A stretch of 63,081 nucleotides of DNA, the filler included, from Deltaproteobacteria bacterium (GTDB lineage: Bacteria; JAUYMQ01): the NCBI GenBank assembly GCA_030698575.1. It is 14 parts of 14 records of this genome, joined end to end, with 100 filler letters (N's around TTAATTAATTAA, not from the genome) between each part and the next. Parts side by side here need not be neighbours in the genome. Positions count along the whole stretch, not along the records: positions 18,112 to 21,886 come from JAUYMQ010000483.1; positions 21,987 to 26,570 come from JAUYMQ010000484.1; positions 26,671 to 30,328 come from JAUYMQ010000495.1; 11 more parts are not named here. One strand, given 5' to 3'. Positions 18,897-27,429 of this stretch are shown piece by piece; the first letter of the stretch is position 1, and each line of letters begins with the position of its first letter. The position numbers were made by a program, and so were the translations under genes. Under the pieces are notes generated by a model. That model searched no databases and was not told where the DNA came from. It was given only the letters and a program-made list of their open reading frames with translations.

Positions 18897-19540
18897 GCGG
18901 ATTCCTCTATCTCCGTCTGGAGGTTGGCGAGCGCACGCCACGCCGCCGCCGTGCTGTGGCGTACGCGCCTCGCATACTCCCCCTCGATCCACGTCCCGCG
19001 ATCTAGCAGGTGCCGCGCGCAGCAGTCCGCGTGGTCGTTGCTCTTGCCCTTCGACCAGTGCATGGGTTCGCCGGGGTTGTGCTTCTCGTTGGCGAGGAAG
19101 GAGAGCTCCGCCACCGCGAGCAACGCGTCGGGGAAGTAGTCCATGCAGCCGCGCGCCAAGGGCATCTCTTTGCGCCGCCGGGACTCGCTGACCGACTGAT
19201 CGTCGGCATCCCGCGCCCGGGCGAATCCGGGCGGCAAATGGATCTTCGCGACGCCGGTATCGTGGTTGCCGTCGTGGTTGCCGGGCTCGTACGCGATCGT
19301 TGTTCTACCCCCGGCCGGCCACAGCGGCGGTACACCCGTCGACTGATCATCGGCATCCCACACCGGGCTGCCGCCCGGGATCGGGCCGAAGTCGTACGCG
19401 ACGATGTCACCGCTACTCTCGCCGTGGGTCCAGTCAAAATCACCCACCCTGGACTCTATCTCGCCGCCGTCCCGGAGGCGGACCCGCACCTTTTTGTCCA
19501 AGTTCGTTGTCGGCTGCCCGATACCGTTCCAGCTGATCAT
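18893..19540 (-). CDS. DUF5664-like (dATP/dGTP diphosphohydrolase N-terminal-type) phage protein
   Basis: PDALLAVAELS..ANEKHN....HW.KG....HADCCARHL.......RH...AAWRALA in the C-terminal half. Confidence 0.7.
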   Translation of the reverse strand: MISWNGIGQPTTNLDKKVRVRLRDGGEIESRVGDFDWTHGESSGDIVAYDFGPIPGGSPVWDADDQSTGVPPLWPAGGRTTIAYEPGNHDGNHDTGVAKIHLPPGFARARDADDQSVSESRRRKEMPLARGCMDYFPDALLAVAELSFLANEKHNPGEPMHWSKGKSNDHADCCARHLLDRGTWIEGEYARRVRHSTAAAWRALANLQTEIEESA

Positions 19541-20997
19541 CGCCTTCTCCTGTTCATCGCCGCCAGTAAAATGTCCTGCACGCTTCTCTTGCTCACGCGC
19601 CGCTCCATGACGTCTTCATCGAGGGTGTCGCGCGCGAGAATGTGGTTGATGCGGACGGCGCGGTCGAAGCCGGCCTGGATCTGGCGCACGGGGCCGATGC
19701 GCTCGTTGATCTGGTCATAGCTATCGAGCGACCACCCGTGACCAAAGTGCGTGATCGTGTAGCAGACCTGCTGCATGCCATCGACGCCATGTCCGAGCGA
19801 GTCCGGGTGGCAGATGCCGTAGTCGATGCCGCCCCGTTTAAACGCGAGCTCGTTCGCCTGCTCGCTCAGGTCGATCGCCTTCGGGAGAAGTTTCTTGATC
19901 CGCGCGAGGTCGCTCCGGAATGAGTAGACGATCATCATCGGGCTCCCGTCATGCTCGGAGATCACCGACTCAAGGGCCTCGATCTTCGCGTCATGCACGG
20001 CCTTCCACTTCTTCGCGCGCGGGTCGCGATCATCAGCGGCCTCTGGGTCGATGTAGACGGCGCCATTCGCGAGCTGCAGGCACTTCTGGGACTTCGCGGC
20101 CGCCCCGAAGGCTTCGACGGTCGCCCCCTCGAGCTGGATGAAGAGATCTTTTTCCATCTCCCGATAGAGCTTGCGTGCCGCGGGCGGGAGCTCCACATAG
20201 ACGTCGTTCACGATCGGCTCCCGAAGATCGAACCAGTCTTTCGGGTCAAGGGTCAAACAGACGTCCTTCAGGCGCGCATGGATCTCGGCCTCGGCCCCCT
20301 GCAGGGGCTCGACCCCATAGCCGTCGTACTTCGGCCGGAACCAGCGCCTAACGAAGCCCTCGTACGTACGCCCGAGGCGCTCGCCACGATCGAGGAACCA
20401 GGCCTGGGCCCACAGGTCGGTGAGTCCATTCGGCGCCGGCCGGCCAGTGAGCTCGATGAAGCGGCTCGTGCGCTCGTGGGCTACCTTTGCGAGGGCGCGG
20501 GCCCGCGTGCCGCCTGCGCCCTGGAGGAACACCTTGCCGCTCTTCGGATGCGTCCGGTAGCTGCCGCGGTACCCCTGCAGCTTCCGGGACTCGTCAGCGA
20601 TAATCGTCCTGAAGGGCCACCGATCGGTCCCGACATACTCGATTAACCACTCCAAATTTTCGTAGTTAATCGAGTAAAGCGGTGCCTCGACCTTTAGCGC
20701 CCGGCGGCGCGCGTCCTCGTCCCCGATCACCGCGGAGGTGTGGATGTGGGCGAGGTGGTCCCACTTCTGGGGTTCCCTCGTCCAGACATCGCGGGCGACG
20801 CGCAGCGGCCCGATCGCGAGCGCCGGCCAGACCTCCTCCGTGAGCTCGAGCTGCGAGAGCGCGGTCAGCGCCATCACGCCCTTACCCATCCCCATGCCGG
20901 CCCAGAGGGCGCAGCGACGGTGCTCCGATATGTGGTCGGTGCCCAGCGGCTGGTACTCACGCGGGCTGTAGGGGCGGGGGGTCAACGCGTCATCCAA
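19537..20997 (-). CDS. Phage SNF2-type DEAD/H helicase
   Basis: PREYQ, LWAGMGMGKG, PLRVARDVW, IIADES, LTGRPAPNGLTDLW, LQLANGA and QINERIG. Confidence 0.9.
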   Translation of the reverse strand: MDDALTPRPYSPREYQPLGTDHISEHRRCALWAGMGMGKGVMALTALSQLELTEEVWPALAIGPLRVARDVWTREPQKWDHLAHIHTSAVIGDEDARRRALKVEAPLYSINYENLEWLIEYVGTDRWPFRTIIADESRKLQGYRGSYRTHPKSGKVFLQGAGGTRARALAKVAHERTSRFIELTGRPAPNGLTDLWAQAWFLDRGERLGRTYEGFVRRWFRPKYDGYGVEPLQGAEAEIHARLKDVCLTLDPKDWFDLREPIVNDVYVELPPAARKLYREMEKDLFIQLEGATVEAFGAAAKSQKCLQLANGAVYIDPEAADDRDPRAKKWKAVHDAKIEALESVISEHDGSPMMIVYSFRSDLARIKKLLPKAIDLSEQANELAFKRGGIDYGICHPDSLGHGVDGMQQVCYTITHFGHGWSLDSYDQINERIGPVRQIQAGFDRAVRINHILARDTLDEDVMERRVSKRSVQDILLAAMNRRRR

Positions 20998-21043
20998 TAG
21001 ACGGCGAAGAAGGCAAAGAGCACGATCACGAGCTCGGCGGGGG

Positions 21044-21205
21044 TCACTGGTTCTCCTCGTTCGCCAGCACGAACAGGTTTAGGAGGACGTCCACCACGTA
21101 CAGCGCAGCCGACACCCGCCAGAAGCGGCCCGCATGAAACGCGAACTCGGACGCATCGACCCCGCCGGTGATGTTCATCTGCAGCGAATAGAACCCGGGA
21201 TTCAT
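21044..21205 (-). CDS. Small hypothetical phage protein with hydrophobic C-terminus
   Basis: ATGA-coupled to the VRR-NUC stop. Confidence 0.4.
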   Translation of the reverse strand: MNPGFYSLQMNITGGVDASEFAFHAGRFWRVSAALYVVDVLLNLFVLANEENQ

Positions 21206-21522
21206 CGGTTCGCCTCTATGTACGCGTCGATCCTTTCCTTCGTATCGAGGACGAAGACCTGGCACCCTAGCTTCCGGAGGCGTTTGTGCTCTCGCTTCTG
21301 TCCGCCACGAGCGCTCTTACCTGGTGCTTTCGTTTCGACGAAGTGGATCTCGGCCTCGATGCGCTCGACGCGCGGCGTCACGAGAACGACTCGTGGCCAG
21401 ATCACAATCTGGTCCGGAACGTTGGGCCGGCCGGGGGATACGAACTTGCGCGTGGCTCCGCCAGCGAGCGCGACCTGCTTCTTCAGGCGGGCCTCGACGC
21501 CGTAGCGGCCGGTCTCTCTCAC
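21202..21522 (-). CDS. VRR-NUC domain nuclease
   Basis: KFVSPGRPNVPDQIV...FVETKAPGK...Q...H..LRKLGCQVFVLD; GTG start overlaps the upstream TGA. Confidence 0.88.
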   Translation of the reverse strand: MRETGRYGVEARLKKQVALAGGATRKFVSPGRPNVPDQIVIWPRVVLVTPRVERIEAEIHFVETKAPGKSARGGQKREHKRLRKLGCQVFVLDTKERIDAYIEANR

Positions 21523-21716
21523 AGCCAGAACCTTGCGACGCCGAAGACGCTCACGTAGATCACCTCGGGCGTAGGGATAGTCAGCATCGGGACGTAACCC
21601 TCGTCCCACGAGAGGACGCGCGCCCGGATGTAGTCGTCACTCTTGTGCCTCATGAGGTGGCGCGCGTCCCAGCCGCACCAGTCACCATCCGGCCACTCCG
21701 CAATGAACCACTCCAT
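21519..21716 (-). CDS. Small hypothetical phage protein
   Basis: AGGAG RBS; first gene after a promoter; coupled to VRR-NUC. Confidence 0.55.
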   Translation of the reverse strand: MEWFIAEWPDGDWCGWDARHLMRHKSDDYIRARVLSWDEGYVPMLTIPTPEVIYVSVFGVARFWL

Positions 21717-21754
21717 GCTCTGTTGCTCCTGTGAATTAGCAAACTGGGTTGCGT

Positions 21755-21783
21755 AGACTAGCAGATGCTAGATCAGATGTCCA
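21755..21783 (-). promoter_or_regulatory. Phage sigma70-type promoter with overlapping palindromic operator
   Basis: Minus strand TGGACA, 17 bp, TAGTCT; palindrome CTAGCA-GA-TGCTAG at 21758-21771. Confidence 0.55.
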
Positions 21784-21790
21784 AAAAATT

Positions 21791-21886
21791 TTAGGGTAGG
21801 TGCTTCCAGTGCCTGCGAAGGATGATATTGTCCACTTGGGAAACGCAGATGCCGAACTGCGCCGCGAGGGCGCTTCTGGTCTCCGC
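21791..21886 (-). CDS. C-terminal HTH tail typical of phage HNH homing endonucleases; 5' truncated
   Basis: AETRSALAAQFGICVSQVDNIILRRHWKHLP*. Confidence 0.55.
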   Translation of the reverse strand, partial: AETRSALAAQFGICVSQVDNIILRRHWKHLP

Positions 21887-21986
21887 NNNNNNNNNNNNNN
21901 NNNNNNNNNNNNNNNNNNNNNNNNNNNNNNTTAATTAATTAANNNNNNNNNNNNNNNNNNNNNNNNNNNNNNNNNNNNNNNNNNNN

Positions 21987-22787
21987 CGCAAGCAGCTCGA
22001 GCAGCGGGGAGATAAGTTTCCGGTTCGACGTGATGCATCCCTCGAGCAGCGTGTCGGGCCGGTTGAAGCGGATGGGGGCCCCGTTGCGATCCGTGAGCGG
22101 CAGGTTGCCCGCGGCGAGAATCCCCGCGCCTCCAGCGATGTCCCATTCGTTCTTGGGGGTGAGGCTGAAGGTGATGTCGCCGGCTCCCGCCGCGATGAGC
22201 CCCAGCTTGTACGCCACGCTGCCGATCGGCTCGACCTTCGAGAAGTGACCGTCGCGCGTGAAGCGATCGAACCATCCCTTCTCGCATTCGGTCCGGCTGG
22301 CGAGGCAGACGGCCTCGGAGAGCGTCGCGGTATCGGTGGGCAGCGCGGGGCGATCGTTCAGCGTGGGGGCGATGCCGGCCGCGCCCGCGATCATCTCGTC
22401 GCGTGCGGGATTGTAGAGCACGCCCAGCGCGGCCTCGCCGTCCACGGAGAGGCCGACAGAGACGCAGAACTGGGGGATGCCGAGAATGAACTCCTTCGTT
22501 CCGTCAATCGGATCGACCACCCAGACGCGCCGCTTCTCCAGGCGATCCCGCGAGTCGGCCGTTTCCTCCGAGAGCCAGCCGTCGTCCGGATAGGCGTTCA
22601 GGAGCTGCTCCTTCAATACCCCGTTGGCGGCGAGATCCGCGGAAGTGACGGGATTGTCCTCACCCGGCGTTCCGCCCTTGTCTCGGACCTGGTAGCTCGA
22701 CTTGAAGTAGCTCATGATGACCTTGCCGGCCGCCCGGGCCGCGGCGACCGCGACTTCAAGATCCTTGCTGTAATCGTTCCGGGGCAC
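21987..22787 (-). CDS. cysQ: 3'(2'),5'-bisphosphate nucleotidase / inositol monophosphatase family; 3' truncated
   Basis: NPVTSAD, WLSEET, WVVDPIDGTKEF, GSVAYKLG and EWDIAG. Confidence 0.85.
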
Positions 22788-22802
22788 GGGCCCTCCTTCG
22801 AA

Positions 22803-22830
22803 AACCGGGGTCAGGCTTGACTTATTGACT
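22803..22830. repeat. REP/MITE-like 28-bp element; further copies at 52994-53013 and 53049-53076
   Basis: AACCGGGGTCAGGCTTGACTTATTGACT matches the reverse complement of 53049-53076 with one mismatch. Confidence 0.8.
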
Positions 22831-22919
22831 TGTTGGACGGGACGCGAGGCAAGCCGCCGTGGCAGAATGGGGCGCCCGCGCAGGACGGGGGAATATACCC
22901 CATCAGTTCCGGAGCCGCG

Positions 22920-23576
22920 ATGAGACGAGACACCGCCCGCAAGACCCGCATTCGCCACGCCCTGATCCTGCTCCTTGCTCTGCCTGCCGCCGCGGGGGCG
23001 GAGGGGGAGGGCCGTGACGCGCTCGTGATCGATTCGTCCCGGAGCGAGGTCCGGTTCTTTCTCGATGCGCCCCGGCACGGAGTCGAGGGGCGGTCGCGCG
23101 CCGTCGAAGGGGGTGTTCAGGTTCGCGGCGGCGCGCTCCTGGACGCTCAGGAAGGCGTCGCTCGCCTGCAAGTTGCCTCCCTTCACGCCGGCAACCGGCT
23201 CATCGATCGGAACATGCGCGGAGCCCTCGACGCCGATCACCATCCGGAAATCCTGTTCGAGGCGACGCGCTTCGAGCCAGCCGGCGAAGCGGCCCCCGAA
23301 GGCGCGCCCTGGCGCGGCGTGGTGACTGGCAACCTGACGGTGCGCGGGGTGGCGCGGCCGGCGGCGTTCGACGTCGAGGCGACCCGGCAAGGGGCGGCGC
23401 TGCATGCGACGGGCTCCGCCGTCTTCACGCTCACCGAATTCGGCGTCGATCCCCCCCGGTTCATGGGATTCCTGCGCGTGAAGGACTGGGTACGGGTGGA
23501 ATTCGACATCCTGGCCGCACCGGAGGCGGACGGCGGGCCTCCGAGCCCGATTGCCACGCCGCCGGAGGCCCCTTAG
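22920..23576 (+). CDS. YceI-family lipid/polyisoprenoid-binding protein
   Basis: Signal peptide, IDSSRSEVRF, SLHAGNRLIDRNMR..LDA..HPEI.F and GNLTVRGV. Confidence 0.85.
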   Translation: MRRDTARKTRIRHALILLLALPAAAGAEGEGRDALVIDSSRSEVRFFLDAPRHGVEGRSRAVEGGVQVRGGALLDAQEGVARLQVASLHAGNRLIDRNMRGALDADHHPEILFEATRFEPAGEAAPEGAPWRGVVTGNLTVRGVARPAAFDVEATRQGAALHATGSAVFTLTEFGVDPPRFMGFLRVKDWVRVEFDILAAPEADGGPPSPIATPPEAP

Positions 23577-23625
23577 AATACGGACCCTCGAAGCTCCGGA
23601 GGGAACTGGTGAGAAGGAGTTCACG

Positions 23626-24114
23626 ATGAAACGACACGTTCTCGTGAAAGCTGCGGGTATCCTTGTGGCCTCGGCGCTGGTTTTGACCGGTTCGGCCTGC
23701 ACGAAGTACGAGGACCGGATGCTCGGCAACCTGGCCGGTGGGCCGATGGTGCGCGACTGGAACAGCCTGGCGCTGGCTTACGCGAAGGAGCCGGGAGTCA
23801 ACATCCTGAACCTCGGGGCGTCGCGCTCGCAGTCATCCCACCTGTTCGTGATCCCGAGCGCCCTCGCGTCGCAGGTGAATGCCGACCACGATCTCACCTT
23901 CACCATCCTGAAGGGGAAGGGAATCGCGACCGTGAAGGGAGAGACGATGAAGGTCAAGAAGGGCGCGGTGGTTTTTGTTCCCGCCGGCGATCCCTTCGAG
24001 TACGTCAACAATGGAAAGAAGCCGAGCCTGGCTCTGGCGGTCTTCTCACCGCCCTTCGAGCAGGCCGGCACCAATCGCATCGATGGCATGACGCCGCCGA
24101 GCAATCTGCGGTAA
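23626..24114 (+). CDS. Cupin-domain lipoprotein with degenerate metal site
   Basis: Lipobox-like GSAC; ILKGKG...VKKGAVVFVPAG..F...N.G; His ligands absent. Confidence 0.65.
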   Translation: MKRHVLVKAAGILVASALVLTGSACTKYEDRMLGNLAGGPMVRDWNSLALAYAKEPGVNILNLGASRSQSSHLFVIPSALASQVNADHDLTFTILKGKGIATVKGETMKVKKGAVVFVPAGDPFEYVNNGKKPSLALAVFSPPFEQAGTNRIDGMTPPSNLR

Positions 24115-24131
24115 GTGACCAGGGGGGGGCT

Positions 24132-24821
24132 TTGTCAACGCGACACTCCGTTTTGTCCACGGCCGCCGCGGCCGTTCTCGTCCTCGGCCTGCTCGTCCTG
24201 GGCTGCGCCACCACAGACTCGACGATCGTGGGGAGCTACTCCGGCACGCTCGCGTTCCAGGACTGGCGGACCATCGCGCGGACGAATCAGCCGCGGCGGG
24301 GAGAGATCGTGCGAATCGTCGACGCGGGGCGCAGCGACGCCCTGTCGAACCATTTCGTCATCGTGCGCTCTCGTGAGCTTCCGCACCGACACCTTCGCCA
24401 TGACTCGACGGTCGTCATCCTCGAGGGGGAAGGGACGATGACCATCGGCAAGGAAAAGAAGAAGGTCAGGCCGGGCGCAGTCATTTTCATTCCGCGGGGA
24501 AGGGTGCATAGTTTCGAGAATGACGGCGACAATCCGGCCGTCGCCCTCGTCGTCTACGCGCCGCCCTTCGATCCCCAGGACCGCGAGCTTGTCGGTTTGG
24601 GGACCGAGCCGCGCAGGCGTCCCGGTCCTGCCGATCTCCGCAAAGGCGGCGGGCCCGAACCGCCGGGAAGTTCCGGGGCGTGGGATGAAGGGGCGTCGTT
24701 TGAGAGCACGCCGGAGAGCACGCAAGAGAGCACGGCGCCGGACGAGTCGGAGCGTCTTCCGGGCCATCCTCTGTCCTCTCCGGGCGCCGCAGCGGAAGAG
24801 GAAGCGCCGCCGCTGTATTGA
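24132..24821 (+). CDS. Cupin-domain lipoprotein with acidic low-complexity tail
   Basis: LVLGC lipobox; HRHLRHD..VILEGEG...PGAVIFIPRGRVHSFEN. Confidence 0.8.
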   Translation: MSTRHSVLSTAAAAVLVLGLLVLGCATTDSTIVGSYSGTLAFQDWRTIARTNQPRRGEIVRIVDAGRSDALSNHFVIVRSRELPHRHLRHDSTVVILEGEGTMTIGKEKKKVRPGAVIFIPRGRVHSFENDGDNPAVALVVYAPPFDPQDRELVGLGTEPRRRPGPADLRKGGGPEPPGSSGAWDEGASFESTPESTQESTAPDESERLPGHPLSSPGAAAEEEAPPLY

Positions 24822-24895
24822 CAGGCCGGGCGAAGCTGTCGAAAATGCGCAGGAGCGGCCGGGCCCGATGGCCCGTCGGCGATGGAGGAGACGGA

Positions 24896-26083
24896 ATGAA
24901 GCGCGCCCCCGGCATGCTGACGCTGCTGGTTCTTGCACTCTTTGTCCTGCAGGCGACGACAGGCTGCGGCGGTCCCGCTGAGCCGCCCGCGCCTCCGGCC
25001 GCGGATGCCGGGGATAGCGAGCCGGCGCCCCCCGCCGCGCCCGAAGCCGTGTCGTTGGCTGTGGGCGAGCCGGTCGAGGCTTCGCCCCCGATGGCCGAGA
25101 TCAATGCCGACGGCAAGCTGGTCTGGCGCCCCGATCTCTGGAAATCGCCGCCGCGCGGCCTCCCGCCCGTTCCGGATCCGGCCTACAACGGGATCAGCGT
25201 CGAGAAGGTCGAACTCGGCCGGCTGCTCTACTTCGACAAGCGGCTCTCCAAAGACGGTACGGTTTCCTGCGCAAGCTGCCACCATCCGGCCACGGGTTTC
25301 TCCAACGCCCAGCGCTTCGCAGCCGGTATCGGGGGGCAGCTCGGGGGCAGGAACTCCCCGACGGTCTACAACGCCGCCTACCAGAACGAGACTTTCTGGG
25401 ACGGACGGGCCAAGTCCCTCGAGGAGCAGGCCATGGGGCCCATCGAGAACCCCATCGAGATGGGTCAGCCGCTTCACGAGATGATCGCAACCGTGAACGC
25501 GATTCCCGACTACAAACCTCTCTTCGTGAAGGCATTCGACAATCGCAAGATCAACGAGAACTGGGTGGTGCAGGCCATCGCGGCCTTCGAACGGACCATC
25601 CTGACGGGCGACGCGCCCTTCGATCGCTTCAGGGCCGGCGACAATAACGCTCTTTCCGAGGGCGCGCAGCGAGGGCTCGCGGTCTTCGAGGGCAAGGGCC
25701 GCTGCCTGCTCTGCCACATGGCGCCGCTTTTCACCGACAATGTGTTCCACAATCTGGGTGTAGCTTCGGAGGGCGACAAAGCGGACGCAGGGCGGATGGA
25801 TGTGACGAAGAACGAAAAGGACTGGGGGAAGTTCAAGACGCCCACGCTCCGCAACGTGTCGGTGACCGGTCCCTACATGCACGACGGCAGCGAAACGACG
25901 CTCGAGTCGATAGTCGAGCTTTACGACAAGGGCGGCGTGGCCAACAAGAACCTCGATCCGCTCATGCAGCCGCTCGGCCTGACGCCGGAGGAGAAGGCGG
26001 ATCTCGTGACGTTCATGAAGGAAGGGCTGACACGGGAGATCGAAATTCTGATCCCGCCCTCAGCTGAAGCGGCGAGCAACTGA
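24896..26083 (+). CDS. Di-heme cytochrome c peroxidase / MauG family lipoprotein
   Basis: LGRLLYFDKRLS, SCASCH, RNSPT, FWDGRA, CLLCH and FKTPTLRNV..TGPYMHDG. Confidence 0.92.
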   Translation: MKRAPGMLTLLVLALFVLQATTGCGGPAEPPAPPAADAGDSEPAPPAAPEAVSLAVGEPVEASPPMAEINADGKLVWRPDLWKSPPRGLPPVPDPAYNGISVEKVELGRLLYFDKRLSKDGTVSCASCHHPATGFSNAQRFAAGIGGQLGGRNSPTVYNAAYQNETFWDGRAKSLEEQAMGPIENPIEMGQPLHEMIATVNAIPDYKPLFVKAFDNRKINENWVVQAIAAFERTILTGDAPFDRFRAGDNNALSEGAQRGLAVFEGKGRCLLCHMAPLFTDNVFHNLGVASEGDKADAGRMDVTKNEKDWGKFKTPTLRNVSVTGPYMHDGSETTLESIVELYDKGGVANKNLDPLMQPLGLTPEEKADLVTFMKEGLTREIEILIPPSAEAASN

Positions 26084-26143
26084 GCCGCGGCGTCGTCGGC
26101 GGGAGGCCGGCGGCGGAAGTGGTCGGGGGGCGGAGAAAGAATC

Positions 26144-26570
26144 TTGGCAAGGATCGGAATCAGCCTGGAGGCTTCGAGCTGGCGGGGCGCCTATGTGGCG
26201 GGGATTCTCGAAACGTTCGGGCGCCGCGGCATCTTCCCTGACATCGTGAGCGGCTCATCAGCGGGCGCCTGCAACGGCGCCGCTTACGTTGCGTGCAACT
26301 TCGATCTCCTCATCGACAACTGGATCGAACTGGCCTCGGAGCCGATGTTTGATCTTCGCCGCGAGGCGCGCCGGGCGAACGGCGGCTCGATTTTCAACAT
26401 GAGCCGCATCTTCAACGCCGCCCTCGACAACGGCTTGTCCGCCGGCTCCCTGAAACGGCTGATTTCCGCGCCGGTCGAACTGCTCGTCGCCTGCACCCGC
26501 ATTGCAGGGGATTTCACCGGTTCCGACTACTGGAACGACCGTTTCCTTGTTCACTATCCCATTGCCAGCC
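26144..26570 (+). CDS. Patatin-like phospholipase; 3' truncated
   Basis: RGAYVAG and the GSSAGA nucleophile motif. Confidence 0.75.
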
Positions 26571-26670
26571 NNNNNNNNNNNNNNNNNNNNNNNNNNNNNN
26601 NNNNNNNNNNNNNNTTAATTAATTAANNNNNNNNNNNNNNNNNNNNNNNNNNNNNNNNNNNNNNNNNNNN

Positions 26671-27138
26671 TTCATTCCGGAACAGTACCTCTTGAATTCT
26701 CCGGACGTGCGGCTCGCGGTTCTTCAGGGCCTGCTCGACACGGACGGGGGTCCCACGCAGCAGGATGCACGGAGCTGCCGCGTGCAGTATTCGACGACCT
26801 CGGCAAGGCTCTGTGAGGACGTCGTTTTTCTCGTTCGATCTCTCGGTGGGGTTGCGCGTCAGCGTTCTCGAGCGGCGATCGGCCGACCTCCGGGACGCGC
26901 TAGAGGGCGCGCGGTAATCCACCGTACTGATGCTTACATCGTCGACATTCGGTTGCCCAAAGGGATTGCCCCGTTCCGACTGAAGCGTAAAGCCAGGCGG
27001 TACGTCGCCTCTGGTGGCGGGCGTCCCATGCGATTCATCACCTCGGTCGAGACAAAGGGTTTCGAGGAAACAGCGTGCATCCGTGTGGCGGCGACCGACT
27101 CGCTATACGTCACGGATGACTTTCTCCTTACCCACAAT
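26671..27138 (+). mobile_element. Intein with LAGLIDADG homing endonuclease (C-terminal part)
   Basis: [10 protein letters not shown] (block E), LVRSLGG (block H), [16 protein letters not shown] followed by +1 Thr. Confidence 0.9.
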
Positions 27139-27429
27139 ACGCTGAACGACTCGTTCGTCATCCTGGATGAGGCGCAGAACACGACGTCGGAGCAGATGAA
27201 GATGTTTCTCACGCGCCTGGGGTATAATTCCAAGGCGGTCATCACGGGCGACGTGACGCAGACCGATCTTCCCGAGGGGAAGCGCTCGGGTCTCATCGAA
27301 GCGCGTCAAATCCTTTCCGACGTGGAAGGGATCAAGTTCGTGTACTTCACGGAGCTCGACGTGGTCCGGCACCGGCTCGTCCAGGAGATCATCCGCGCCT
27401 ACGATCGCGCGTCGGGGAAGCCCTCATGA
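26671..27429 (+). CDS. phoH: PhoH-family ATPase interrupted by an intein; 5' truncated
   Basis: C-extein [36 protein letters not shown] and DVVRH.LV; upstream of HD-ybeY-lnt. Confidence 0.92.
   Translation, partial: FIPEQYLLNSPDVRLAVLQGLLDTDGGPTQQDARSCRVQYSTTSARLCEDVVFLVRSLGGVARQRSRAAIGRPPGRARGRAVIHRTDAYIVDIRLPKGIAPFRLKRKARRYVASGGGRPMRFITSVETKGFEETACIRVAATDSLYVTDDFLLTHNTLNDSFVILDEAQNTTSEQMKMFLTRLGYNSKAVITGDVTQTDLPEGKRSGLIEARQILSDVEGIKFVYFTELDVVRHRLVQEIIRAYDRASGKPS

Larger units (their letters stand above)
18112..21886 (-). mobile_element. Phage/prophage fragment (replication and nucleotide-metabolism module)
   Basis: Tightly ATGA-coupled minus-strand genes: HNH-type HTH tail, VRR-NUC, SNF2 helicase, DUF5664-like, HD hydrolase, DksA/TraR finger. 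Confidence 0.85.

Noticed and set aside
12794-21886. Treating the mini-RNAP and the neighbouring phage genes (including the DksA/TraR-like gene) as one prophage
   Set aside because: They are separated by an artificial junction at 18012-18111, so adjacency carries no information.
21939-23729. 596-aa ORF as an extended CysQ fusion
   Set aside because: Its N-terminal half is antisense to yceI. The real start is the GTG at 22787 after an AAGGAGG RBS.
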